DNA of 61,473 bases, from positions 1 to 61,473 of the IMG/VR virus record IMGVR_UViG_3300044731_000955; one strand, 5' to 3'. Origin of the DNA: a virus. Lineage: Duplodnaviria; Caudoviricetes. Each line of letters begins with the position of its first letter. Positions within the stretch are counted from its first letter, which is position 1. Of this stretch, positions 27,601-37,700 are shown one piece after another. The position numbers were made by a program, and so were the translations under genes. Under the pieces are notes generated by a model that was given only the letters and a program-made list of their open reading frames with translations, was not told the origin of the DNA and ran no database searches.

Positions 27601-30020
27601 ACAATTTCTTTCATGTCATTAACTTCATCAGTAGGTATTTCTTGAACTGAAAATGGTATTTCTTCTTCACCCTCTTGGAATGGAACAAAACCACCTTCAG
27701 GCATACCTTGTTCTACAACAGGTTCTGAAGGCTGCTCTCCCTTTCTTTTATAAAAATCTTCTACTCCTTCTTCAATACTAATAGGGGCTTCTTCAGCACC
27801 TGCTATTTTGATTAAATTTTTAGCAGCATCTATTCTAGTTGGATTTTCTCTTATTGCATTATACAATGCACTTTCTACATCTCTTGTGGTTATATTTTTA
27901 TCGCCTGTATTTTTTGTTAAATTTTGCCATATCTTATGGGCAGCATTCCTTAATGTTTCTCCGCCATCTCTTTTTTTGGCTGCATAATCTCTTATTTTAA
28001 CCTCTTCTGTGCTATAGTCTTTACCTACATTTAATCTTGCTTGTTCCTTTCTTCCTGCTGCCTCATTTATAGCTTTCCAACTTAATTCATTATTACCAGA
28101 TAACCATGCTAAAACAGCAGACTCTTTATCCATTGGAACAATTTTACCTGCTTGTTGGTTTATTTTCTTTGTTTCTATAGCTTTTGCAGCACCTTCTGAT
28201 ATAAGGGTATATTTTTCTTTGAATGTAGAAAGTTTATCTGCTAATTTAGGTTTTTCTACAACAACAGCTTGTTCTTCAACAACTTCAGCCGGCTCCTCTA
28301 CAATAGGTTGCTCAACTTCTTCAACAATAGGTTCTTTTGCAATTTTAAAAACTTCGTCATTTATTTTTTTTATCTTTTCATCATTAGCTTTTATCTTCTC
28401 ATTTATTCCAGCATGGTAAGCCTCGTCAGAAGCTTGTTTTTGCTGAAGTAAAATTTCATTATTTTCTTTTATATCATTTCTTTCTACTAATAATTCAATT
28501 GATTTTGCTTTATTGTCTGGAGATATGTTTTCTGGCACTTTAGGGGCAACTGCATCTGCTTTTTGTGCAAAATTAACTCCTTCTTGATACTCTTGAGGAG
28601 TAATAACATTATTGGCTAAATTTTGATTTAAATTTGCAATAACATTTTGTGCGCTACCTTGATTTGCAATTTGAGTAGATAATACATTTATACTAGCAGG
28701 TGCTTCTGATTTAGCTTCAAATTGTTTAATTTGATTTTCTATAGATTTTGCATCCCCTATTTTGCCTTGCTTTCTTAATATTTTAGCATTGGCACCCATA
28801 GCATTAAGTAAAAAACCAACGCCAAAACCAATCCCGCCAGATGACCCAATTCCATCAAAAATATCTTGATTGATATTATATATATCTTTTGCTGTTTTAT
28901 TAGCATATATTTGTTGCATTATTTCGGTAGTCATTTCTTCAATACCACCCGTAACACCTGCGACTCCCTTTGTTTTAAGATAATTAGCTACGCCTCCTGC
29001 GGTTGATTTATTAAATCTCTTAAAAAACTGCATCACAGGTATTGTTTCCAACACCGACCCCGTTAATGCGTTTTTATAAAAAGCCTCAAATGCTTGGTCA
29101 TCAGTAGCGCCAGCTTGTATTGCCCTATCAAATTCAGCCTGCCCCATTGAAAGACCAGCGCTTATAGCAGTAGGCGAAGATAATTGAGACCCAAGTGTTT
29201 TAAGTGCCGTTGCAGCTGCTCCTTTAGGAGCTTGACTAATTAAAGCAGTAGCACCTTTCCCTGCCCCTGTAAGCCCACCTGTAAGAATTAAAGCCCCTGC
29301 TTGACCTAGTGCTTGTGCAGCTTGGTCCAATAAAGTATTTTTAAATGCTTCATCTTCAGGAGTTAGCTCATCTATTACATTATTTAAATAATCGCCATAC
29401 TTAATTAACCTATCGCTTATCTCAGCCCTTCCTGAACCACCCAAAACCATTCTGGTCGTTCCTTGTAGAAATGTACCCAACGCTTGCATCGGAGTGCTAA
29501 TCAAATTTTTAGCAACTCCTTTGTCTAAAGCAGAAACTAAATTTAATAATAACCCTTGCTCTTCGACTGGCTTAATTGGCTTTTCTTCTGGTATCCTAGA
29601 TTGCTCTACTAAATCTTTTTGTGTTGATTTTTTTAAATTTAAATCTTCTGCTGGAGGAGCAATAGCTTTAGTTAAAGCTTCTGAACTTGGAGCGTATAAC
29701 TGCTCATCTTTATCAAATATTAAACCTTTTTCTAATTTAGAAGAATAGTATTGCTTTTTAGGAGCTTCTTCTTTTAATGTGTATTTTGATGGTGTAGGGG
29801 AAGATTTTACTCCAGATTCTATTCCAGAATTTCCTTTTTTTTTTAAATCTGCATAACTTTGATTCAGATAAGATAAGATTTGATTATCAGTAGCCCCTGC
29901 TTTGTACGCTCCATCAAAATCAAAATCTATATTAAAATTGCTTTTAAAATAACTTGATAATTGAGCTGGCTTTGCACCTGCTTTTCTCGCACCTGCTAAA
30001 TCAAAATCTATATCTTGCAT
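24693..30020 (-). CDS. Large polyvalent/ejection protein with C-terminal zincin-like HEAGH motif
   Basis: 1775 aa; N-terminal duplicated DFD-GA-KAGA repeat, Gly/Ala-rich membrane-active region, LFLEEVQSDW domain, TPIHEAGHIW. Confidence 0.6.
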   Translation of the reverse strand: MQDIDFDLAGARKAGAKPAQLSSYFKSNFNIDFDFDGAYKAGATDNQILSYLNQSYADLKKKGNSGIESGVKSSPTPSKYTLKEEAPKKQYYSSKLEKGLIFDKDEQLYAPSSEALTKAIAPPAEDLNLKKSTQKDLVEQSRIPEEKPIKPVEEQGLLLNLVSALDKGVAKNLISTPMQALGTFLQGTTRMVLGGSGRAEISDRLIKYGDYLNNVIDELTPEDEAFKNTLLDQAAQALGQAGALILTGGLTGAGKGATALISQAPKGAAATALKTLGSQLSSPTAISAGLSMGQAEFDRAIQAGATDDQAFEAFYKNALTGSVLETIPVMQFFKRFNKSTAGGVANYLKTKGVAGVTGGIEEMTTEIMQQIYANKTAKDIYNINQDIFDGIGSSGGIGFGVGFLLNAMGANAKILRKQGKIGDAKSIENQIKQFEAKSEAPASINVLSTQIANQGSAQNVIANLNQNLANNVITPQEYQEGVNFAQKADAVAPKVPENISPDNKAKSIELLVERNDIKENNEILLQQKQASDEAYHAGINEKIKANDEKIKKINDEVFKIAKEPIVEEVEQPIVEEPAEVVEEQAVVVEKPKLADKLSTFKEKYTLISEGAAKAIETKKINQQAGKIVPMDKESAVLAWLSGNNELSWKAINEAAGRKEQARLNVGKDYSTEEVKIRDYAAKKRDGGETLRNAAHKIWQNLTKNTGDKNITTRDVESALYNAIRENPTRIDAAKNLIKIAGAEEAPISIEEGVEDFYKRKGEQPSEPVVEQGMPEGGFVPFQEGEEEIPFSVQEIPTDEVNDMKEIVKDLVEEGLNLNAIRTRIAKEVGYDSKRLKETVNKAYQEYTKEYTPKEVTTGIIGRVGNFISDLFGGKAEDKVVILKDAQSTFAKAEQMAETGGRVEFQATLPNGEKVTAKPVDASVVNGFYSPLELQINQMKADKMPAKQWLDKLKGEEAKWTGLADWLSQQQGSLSKQEIKDWLKNNQIEINEIVKGRAENLTEEQLERLKYLEQLDAENPGGAMEDVIQDSYDEFLFLLNVRDKSNSNDLINLQKEAEQKARLAQQKGNRALADKYWEDSHRYTKRHEVLELNMEGEGGILNPTKFSNYQLEGEKEDYAEILVTLPIKESIKETKNKFISSHFDEKNILVHLRMNIRKDVQGNKVLFLEEVQSDWGQKGKKEGFQLGDLQKLETTRNLAREDVKKIDKEIDEYYDKNKIKKIELNDAEENAYANISAKMRNGVATEEEIAERQIYIEKDTYFDSQYDLAKRDSKFNELLKIKGDKLEVMIAAVRAYDAAYSGQPSAPFVTDTNAWTKLALKVALKEAVKQGVDKIAWTTGEQQNDRYDLSKQINAASASKNNDGTYQLVVEDKKGQEIEPYSKSGEKVTPQEMEGIIGKDLTQKLIEGADNNKGKEWKKNMKENPEFYTVRGVDLKIGGKGMKGFYGSPSEGSLGILGNMAKSLFKQEPSKTSVISSQARIKELQKEMDLHQDNQTYFLSERDKAIDNGNNEQALEMYAKANKSGQLKESVLIDIRKIWKYKDGGDQLQYSINITPELKAQVEVGLPLFMANPEGDILGFKFQDKIYLNGEKLNPNTPIHEAGHIWTEWVKQNDNKVYQRGIELVKNSDYLKEVKSSKFYQEQAKKLATKEEAELYFQHEALAMAIGDKGAQFVTESKRTSFKEWLDALWTRIRDLAGFKDITAEELQNVTFEEFTKMAVKDILGKQFEGRTLQEMYETLPMGKKLRQNKQEILIRDNFDNIVAELIKNNKIEKIC

Positions 30021-30024
30021 TACT

Positions 30025-31338
30025 TTATTTTTTACCTAAATTAAATTTACTTAAATCAATATCAACATCTTCCGTTGCCTGTGCTTCTGGATATAATCCC
30101 GGTACTCCCTTTGGCTCTGTATCGTATTTTCTTTGAGCAGCCTCTATTGTACCTCTATCAATTATTTGTCCCTTCTTAGTTTGTAATCCCTGAACACGAC
30201 CATCTTTTACAATAAGTTTGAATCTATCTCTTGCGGATATATTGATTTTATAATTTCCTAATACGGTAAATATATCTGGTGGAATATTTGCTCCATCGAT
30301 AGGTACATCTCCAGTATAAGGTTTATTATCTTTTCCTAGAACAATGCCTTTGGATATATTAACGCTTTTGTTAGATAAATTCTTTATGGAAGCTACATCA
30401 TCTAATAAATTTCTAACTGGAGCAACTTGACCTCTATTATAATCTATTAATCTTTTTGCTTTTTGTTCATCTGCAAATCTTTTAGCTGCTGCGCTTTGTT
30501 CTGGATTTGTAGTAGTTTCTTTTATTGGTTGTAAATCTAATGTATAAACACCAGCTAAGGCTTTTGCTGTAGGTATTTTTGTATTATATTTAAGTTCTAA
30601 ATCTTTTACTTTTTCCTTGTCATCAAACATATTAATCATAGTCTTTCTCAATCCTTCGTCAGTTTCAAATGAATTATACCCATCTTGCAATACTCGTCCA
30701 TAATTCTGTGGTGAAATTTTTGATGTTGTTTTATAATATATATAACCGGGACGACCTTTAACATCTATTATTTCTGGAGCGCTTTCGCTTAATGGTATTT
30801 TAGAAAATACCTTATTAGCATATTCCATTGGGTCGTGCGTCTTATAAAATTTCCATTGAGTAACATCTAATGGTTTATATCTTTCATCACCTATTGATAA
30901 ATGACTTAATGCTAACGCATCAGCATATCCATCAGGGGCATTTAAATCTTTTTGTGCTATATAATGTTGAGTAGCTAGTTTATCTTGAGCCATAGCTTGT
31001 TTAGATTGCCCTATTGAATTTTGAGCATCTCTTAACCCAGAAAAATAAGTTGATTGAGCCTCTGCTCCATATTTAGCTGGATTTAATATCTTATCTCTAT
31101 TCTGTAAATAATATTGTTTGGCTTTGGCTAATTTTCCTAAAAATACATCTTGGTCTATCTTGCGCATGCCATCAGGATTAAATGATTTTTCATAATCCAT
31201 TAAATACTTATCTAAGGCTTCTCTTTTAGCTGCTTCTTTTTGTTCAAGTTGAATAGCTAAATTAATTGGCTTAGATGCTATATCTATAGCTACTCCTTTT
31301 TGATATGGGTTTATTCCAAGTAATCCTGTTGCTGCCAT
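30025..31338 (-). CDS. Putative ejection protein
   Basis: Position between pilot-like and large ejection genes. Confidence 0.45.
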   Translation of the reverse strand: MAATGLLGINPYQKGVAIDIASKPINLAIQLEQKEAAKREALDKYLMDYEKSFNPDGMRKIDQDVFLGKLAKAKQYYLQNRDKILNPAKYGAEAQSTYFSGLRDAQNSIGQSKQAMAQDKLATQHYIAQKDLNAPDGYADALALSHLSIGDERYKPLDVTQWKFYKTHDPMEYANKVFSKIPLSESAPEIIDVKGRPGYIYYKTTSKISPQNYGRVLQDGYNSFETDEGLRKTMINMFDDKEKVKDLELKYNTKIPTAKALAGVYTLDLQPIKETTTNPEQSAAAKRFADEQKAKRLIDYNRGQVAPVRNLLDDVASIKNLSNKSVNISKGIVLGKDNKPYTGDVPIDGANIPPDIFTVLGNYKINISARDRFKLIVKDGRVQGLQTKKGQIIDRGTIEAAQRKYDTEPKGVPGLYPEAQATEDVDIDLSKFNLGKK

Positions 31339-31355
31339 TATTTTTTTATTTTAAA

Positions 31356-32147
31356 TTAACCTCCTAAACTACGAGCTTTATTCCAGTTTGACATATCATT
31401 CATAAATGTACTATTTTGTGGATATACTCCTCTTGCATTAGGTATGTAATTTGGATTTAATTTGCCCCTTGTTGCAAAAAAATTATTTAATATTGCATCA
31501 TTTTTTGCTAAATTTGCCGCAGACAAACCTGTTCCTGTCGCTGTCGCTGTTGGAGAAACCACCGGTGTTTTTTGCCCTGCCATCATACCAGCTTGAGCTA
31601 TACCACCTAATGCGCTACCCACCATTTGAAGCCCTGCACTTGCTCTATCATTTGCTGCTTGAGCTGCCAATTGTTTTAATTGCAATTGTCTGTTATATGG
31701 AGTCATTTGGTTAATATCAAACATTTTATAATCTTCAGAAGCTTTTGCTTGCGCTGCTTGACCGTATTGACCAAATCTTTGATTTCTTTGAGCTTCTGCT
31801 TGTGCGCCTAAATTTTGCATAGCAGTATTTTGACCAAGGGCTAATCTACCAATTCCTCCAATTGCAGAACGTCTATCTTGCAATGCACCAATACCTTGAG
31901 CTGTAGCTCTTTGAGCATTCATTGCTCCTAATTGATATTGTTGAGATTGATAAGGATTTTCATTATATCTATTTAAGGCTTGTTGATAATAGTCATTAAT
32001 TGATTTACTACCTTGATATAATGGGCTTTGTTTTGCAAATGCATTTAATTCTCTTTCTTTTTTCTTTCTGCCACTAAAAATATTTTGTGCAGCGCCGCCT
32101 AATGCTTGTACTCCTCCTGCGATAGCGGCAATTGTAAATGGGTCCAT
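31356..32147 (-). CDS. Putative ejection/pilot protein
   Basis: MDPFTIAAIAGG N-terminus, Gln/Ala/Gly-rich, as in first podovirus ejection proteins. Confidence 0.6.
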   Translation of the reverse strand: MDPFTIAAIAGGVQALGGAAQNIFSGRKKKERELNAFAKQSPLYQGSKSINDYYQQALNRYNENPYQSQQYQLGAMNAQRATAQGIGALQDRRSAIGGIGRLALGQNTAMQNLGAQAEAQRNQRFGQYGQAAQAKASEDYKMFDINQMTPYNRQLQLKQLAAQAANDRASAGLQMVGSALGGIAQAGMMAGQKTPVVSPTATATGTGLSAANLAKNDAILNNFFATRGKLNPNYIPNARGVYPQNSTFMNDMSNWNKARSLGG

Positions 32148-32149
32148 AA

Positions 32150-32698
32150 TTATCTATTATTTAATGCTGAATTAATATATTTAGTCGTTGCGCTGTTCAA
32201 ATATACGAAAGAATTTGCACTTGCTTTCTCAAATTTTACGACCATATAACCGCCCTTCAAGCTATCCCCTTCTATAAGCCCTCCGGGACTGCTAGAATCC
32301 CTTAAAAATGATGCTTGATACTCAGCTTCCAAAGTTGCAAAATCAGACTCTAAAAGCAAGCTTGTTTGGCTTGCACTAACCCCACTTGTATTCATTTGGG
32401 TAGTTATTACTGGACATGCCCATATGGTATTACCCGTTTCCATAACGGAAATCCAAGTCTTTTTATCTATTGAGGCTGTATTGAAGACAGTGGTTATTGA
32501 GGCGCCATACTGTGTGTTATAGAAGTTACAAAAAAATGTATCATTAGTGTGCCTCCAAATACCCCCATCTTTAAACGAGAATAGGGTAGTATTTAGCTCC
32601 CCCATCATCTCTGGATGATATGAATAAAAAGACTCAAATGAGTTACCTACCTCGTCAAAGGCTATGGTATATGGGTCTTGATGAAAATATGCTGCCAT
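32150..32698 (-). CDS. C-terminal portion of crAss-type muzzle/stabilisation protein expressed as a separate gene
   Basis: TIAFDE..N.F.SFYSY.PE.M...FSFK.G.IW.H...NFY...FN...K pattern matches C-terminal blades of this family. Confidence 0.65.
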   Translation of the reverse strand: MAAYFHQDPYTIAFDEVGNSFESFYSYHPEMMGELNTTLFSFKDGGIWRHTNDTFFCNFYNTQYGASITTVFNTASIDKKTWISVMETGNTIWACPVITTQMNTSGVSASQTSLLLESDFATLEAEYQASFLRDSSSPGGLIEGDSLKGGYMVVKFEKASANSFVYLNSATTKYINSALNNR

Positions 32699-32709
32699 TT
32701 TTTATTTAT

Positions 32710-34692
32710 TTATAATTGAGTACAGTTTGTTGTATCAGAACAATCTGTTGCAAATCCTCCGAAAGAAATATTTGGAGAAGTGGCTGTTGCGCCCACAAAA
32801 CTATCTATAAAATAACATGTTGTAGGTGTACCACCTGTTATATAATAATATGAACCAACAGATAATGAACTAGAAGTAATAATATTACTTGTTCCTCCAT
32901 CGCAAATTGTAGCAGTATATTCAAAATAATCAAGAGGAGGTGGTGGCGGTTCAGTTGTGGTTGTAGTCGTTGGTGCAGCAGTTGTAGTTGTTGGAGCAGC
33001 AGTAGTTGTTGTCGTAGTACAATTTATTGTTACAGCTGTATTTTGAACTGATGTTTGAGGTAATGAATCTCTAACTGCAGTATACCAATTACCATTTGCA
33101 ATACCACTAAAATTATGAGAAGTAGCACCACCACCTAAAGTAACTCTAAACCCACCAGCTCCGCAAGCTCCGCCCGCGACACAAGTTGCTGCATTTGCTT
33201 GTGAATCTGCAATGGCTACAAAATTATAAGTACTTGTTCCACCTGTGAATGAAGCTGTAAATGAACCTGTTGTGCCGCTACAAGTTACACCACCATTAGT
33301 TATTACTAAAGGAGGTAATGTTGTAGTTGTTGTAGTCGTTGGAGGAAGTGTCGTTGTCGTTGGTGCAGCAGTTGTAGTTGTTGGAGCAGCAGTAGTTGTT
33401 GTCGTAGTACAATTTATTGTTACAGCTGTATTTTGAACTGATGTTTGAGGTAATGAATCTCTAACTGCAGTATACCAATTACCATTTGCAATACCACTAA
33501 AATTATGAGAAGTAGCACCACCACCTAAAGTAACTCTAAACCCACCAGCTCCGCAAGCTCCGCCCGCGACACAAGTTGCTGCATTTGCTTGTGAATCTGC
33601 AATGGCTACAAAATTATAAGTACTTGTTCCACCTGTGAATGAAGCTGTAAATGAACCTGTTGTGCCGCTACAAGTTACACCACCATTAGTTATTACTAAA
33701 GGAGGTAATGTTGTAGTTGTTGTAGTCGTTGGAGGAAGTGTCGTTGTCGTTGGTGCAGCAGTTGTAGTTGTTGGAGCAGCAGTAGTTGTTGTCGTAGTAC
33801 AATTTATTGTTACAGCTGTATTTTGAACTGATGTTTGAGGTAATGAATCTCTAACTGCAGTATACCAATTACCATTTGCAATACCACTAAAATTATGAGA
33901 AGTAGCACCACCACCTAAAGTAACTCTAAACCCACCAGCTCCGCAAGCTCCGCCCGCGACACAAGTTGCTGCATTTGCTTGTGAATCTGCAATGGCTACA
34001 AAATTATAAGTACTTGTTCCACCTGTGAATGAAGCTGTAAATGAACCTGTTGTGCCGCTACAAGTTACACCACCATTAGTTATTACTAAAGGAGGTAATG
34101 TTGTAGTTGTTGTAGTCGTTGGAGGAAGTGTCGTTGTCGTTGGTGCAGCAGTTGTCGTAGTACTAGTTGTTGGTGCAGCAGTTGTCGTAGTACTAGTTGT
34201 TGGTGCAGCAGTTGTCGTAGTACTAGTTGTTGGTGCAGCAGTTGTCGTAGTACTAGTTGTTGGTGCAGCAGTTGTCGTAGTACTAGTTGTTGGTGCAGCA
34301 GTTGTAGTTGTAGTTGTTGGCGCAGCAGTAGTAGTCGTTGTTGGCGCAGCAGTAGTAGTCGTTGTTGGTGCAGCAGTTGTCGTAGTAGTTGGAGCAGCAG
34401 TTGTTGTTGTAGTAGTAGTTGTAGGTGCAGCTGTAGTAGTCGTAGTTGTTGGAGCAGCAGTAGTTGTTGTAGTAGTTGCTGAATTTATATTTAAAATCAA
34501 ACTATTAGTACAACTACCTAAAGATGTAATTGTTACACTAGTTGCAGAATTATCTACAGTAGCATAAATTCCAGATAAAAGCTCAGTAAGAGTTGCGTTG
34601 CTAGGATTAATAGTACCAGTATTTACATTTAATGTAAAATTTGGTCCTAAATTTAAACCTTGACCTGAATTTAATGTAACTAATACTATCAT
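32710..34692 (-). CDS. Mucin-like Thr-rich virion/surface protein with three identical Cys-containing beta domains
   Basis: TTTTTAAP tracts and 130-aa unit repeated three times. Confidence 0.75.
   Translation of the reverse strand: MIVLVTLNSGQGLNLGPNFTLNVNTGTINPSNATLTELLSGIYATVDNSATSVTITSLGSCTNSLILNINSATTTTTTAAPTTTTTTAAPTTTTTTTTAAPTTTTTAAPTTTTTAAPTTTTTAAPTTTTTTAAPTTSTTTTAAPTTSTTTTAAPTTSTTTTAAPTTSTTTTAAPTTSTTTTAAPTTTTLPPTTTTTTTLPPLVITNGGVTCSGTTGSFTASFTGGTSTYNFVAIADSQANAATCVAGGACGAGGFRVTLGGGATSHNFSGIANGNWYTAVRDSLPQTSVQNTAVTINCTTTTTTAAPTTTTAAPTTTTLPPTTTTTTTLPPLVITNGGVTCSGTTGSFTASFTGGTSTYNFVAIADSQANAATCVAGGACGAGGFRVTLGGGATSHNFSGIANGNWYTAVRDSLPQTSVQNTAVTINCTTTTTTAAPTTTTAAPTTTTLPPTTTTTTTLPPLVITNGGVTCSGTTGSFTASFTGGTSTYNFVAIADSQANAATCVAGGACGAGGFRVTLGGGATSHNFSGIANGNWYTAVRDSLPQTSVQNTAVTINCTTTTTTAAPTTTTAAPTTTTTTEPPPPPLDYFEYTATICDGGTSNIITSSSLSVGSYYYITGGTPTTCYFIDSFVGATATSPNISFGGFATDCSDTTNCTQL
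32966..34155. repeat. Perfect tandem repeat, 390 bp x ~3.05
   Basis: Identical sequence at 390-nt offsets (e.g. 33245, 33635, 34025). Confidence 0.95.
34141..34305. repeat. 30-bp tandem repeat x5.5 (tggtgcagcagttgtcgtagtactagttgt; TTSTTTTAAP)
   Basis: Directly visible in lines 34141-34290. Confidence 0.95.
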
Positions 34693-34712
34693 TTTTTTAT
34701 TTTAATTCATTT

Positions 34713-37700
34713 TTATGGAGCAGCTGTTGTCGTAGTTGTGCAATTTATATCTGATGCAGCAGTGTCAATTGTTCCAAAACTATCTATTACATATACCAAA
34801 AACTTATCTGAACCGCCTGTTGTATTTCTTAATCCTAATGTTCCATCATAATTAGCGGTTGGGCTAGTTATTACAAATGGGTCTGTCGTTACAGATACAA
34901 GGGTATCATAAGTAGGGACATATCCAGCTTTTATTTGATAAAGACCACTACCACCAGTAATAGCTACTGATGCTTTGCCAAGATAAGTAGAACCGGGCTG
35001 AGTATTATCACAAGAAATAGTTACTACAATTTCCAAAGGTGGTATTGTAGTAGTACTTGTAGTTGTTGCAGGGCAAAAAGTTAATCCACCACCTGCTGAA
35101 GAAACACTCCATTGTATTCCACCCGGGTCTGTGTAAAGTACTTGGGTTACATAGAAGAATAAACCACCTCCGTAAACAACTCTTTGGTCAATAGCAAACG
35201 TACCATTAGGGAATGATGCAGATGTTTCGATTACTCCTGATGAACAATTATATAAATTATACCAAACTGGTGGTTGTGTGGTTGTTGTTGTCGTTGGTGC
35301 AGCTGTAGTAGTCGTAGTTGGCGCAGCTGTAGTAGTCGTAGTTGGCGCAGCTGTAGTAGTAGTAGTAGTAGTAGGAATTATAATAGCAGTACCACCATTG
35401 TAATTACAATTATAATATCTATCAATCTCTTCCAAAGCTATTATATACTTATTAGTATAAGCATCAAATACACCATAAATACATGGATTCCCCATATATA
35501 CTCCTGTTTCAACTACCCCATTATTCAATTCTTGTCTATAAGCGCTTAATTTAGCAACAAAGAATGCATTCATATAATTAGTTATACTAATTGGAGTAAT
35601 ACCATCTTGACTTAATCTACAAACTACACCTCTATAATTATCTACGAAATAATCTGCAAAGTTGTTCCACGCTAAGCTTGTTGCTGCGTCCCCAATACCA
35701 TAATCCCCAGCGTAATACTGTATTTTATTAATTAAAACATCTGTATTAGCTTGCAATGGGTTGTTAGCACTGTCCTTAACTATTTGTGTTAAAATAGGCA
35801 CATTACCTACCTTAAATTTTTGATAAACTTTTAAATATCTATCCCTAACATGCAATCTTATTACATCGCCAAAGCTTCTATCGTATTCATCAAAGTTTTC
35901 AAATTTAAAATTATTTATTTGATTAATATTAGTATTTATTTGATAAGCACCCCCAAATCTAATTAATGTAGGGAAATACGTTTGTTTTGCATTTTCATCT
36001 ACTACGGATACCCTTCCGTTGCTATTAGTAACTAAATTATAAGTATCATTAAAGCTTTTTTCTATTATTGGAATAGTATAATTTTTTAATAAATTAAAAT
36101 TTAAATTAAATGCATTTAAAGTAAATGTTTCTCCTGCAAGGGTGTTTGAACTGTAAACAGCAATCCATACCTTTGCAGTTGCTGGAATTGATATAGTATT
36201 ATCTAAAATAAAATTAGTTACAATTTGAGATTGAACAACTTCTGTTTTTGTTAAATCTAATAAAGTTGAAGTGCTTGCCGTTAAAATAATAGCCTTTATA
36301 CTAAATGTTGTATTATTATTTGCTTGAGATTGAAACACAGAAAATTCCCCCGATAGTCTCAATAACAATGCATCTGTAGCCAATAAATTATTAAAGAAAA
36401 AATTAGCACTTGCATAAGTAGGATAATTTGCAGGCAAATTGTTGTTAAATGCTTGAGTTTTAACAATATAATCAGATGTTGTTATTGGAGAATCAGTTAC
36501 AGTAATTTGCATTAATGAATTAATATCTTGACTTGTGCCACCTGCTGTAAAAACAAATGCATCACTGTAAGAAACTTTTCTTTTTCTCCAAAATAAATCT
36601 CCATTTGTTAAAGAAACTATTGCAGGTACTGATGTTGGAGAAGATGCTGATTGAGTTTGTTCTAATCCAATATGATAAGCATTGCTTGTACCAGCATTGC
36701 CTATCCCAAAACATTTATCAACTTCATAGAAAAATTTTTGTGTAGAAGATGAGTTACTTGTATAGTTGTATAAGAATATTTTATAATGTAAATAATTAGA
36801 ATCACCTGTAAACATAATATCTGAACCAGTTCCAGAAGGGAAAGCTATTTTTATAAAATTACCAGTTTTAATAGTACCATCCCCTAGAGTAATAACAGCA
36901 TTTGTTCCTAAAACTTCATAGTCATATAAAGTTGTAAATAAAATTTGTGTATTAGAAGAATTATATCTTGCTAAAAAGGTAATTCTATCTCCTTGTGTAA
37001 AATTATATGAAACCACCCCTTGAGTGGATGTTATTAATTCATTATATGCATCTATATTACTTATGTCTACATATGCAAATCTTTGTACAGTAGTATCTAC
37101 CGAAGTGCTTGCATAAGCCGCTTTAGAAATCCAAAATAATCTTTTATTGTATGTTGTATTATTTGACCTCAATACATGATAATAAGAAGCCTCTAATGGC
37201 GGTCTATTTTTTATTTCTAATTTAGTAATTGGATACCTATACACAGTAGGGTCACCGGGGACTATTTGAGTGGTAAAAGATGCATCTATATCTGTTTGCG
37301 CTCCTATTGTTCTTCCTAAATAATCAAAATATTGAACTGCATATTGGTACCCAGATGAAAACGCATTTGCAAACACCGTATTATCAGGCGCATTAGCTGG
37401 AAATAAAATCTTTACACCGCTAGAAAGCAATTTAAATATTGAAGAATTTGACAAAGTAAGTATATTATTAACCAAAGACACTTGTGTCCATCCTCCTCCG
37501 TTTGTAGTAAATGCACTAGAAATAGCAGTTAATAACGTAGAAACAGTTACGCTGTTTGTATTATTTGTGTAAGAAACACCTATACTTGTTCCTGCGCTAT
37601 TGATTATATTTACCATATATATACCGCCAGCATTATCAAGTGTTGATATTATTCCAGAGGTATTTGTTCCAGTACCGTAAATATATATTTTTAATATTGT

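Noticed and set aside
29900-30015. DFDFDG resembling the RNA polymerase DxDGD/DFDID motif
   Set aside because: Lies in a duplicated N-terminal helical repeat (DFD-GA-KAGA) with no double-psi barrel context
34141-34305. 30-bp repeats as a possible CRISPR array
   Set aside because: Head-to-tail with no spacers, in-frame coding, no cas genes
33245-34567. Val-rich plus-strand ORFs
   Set aside because: Antisense shadows of Thr codons in the 660-aa gene
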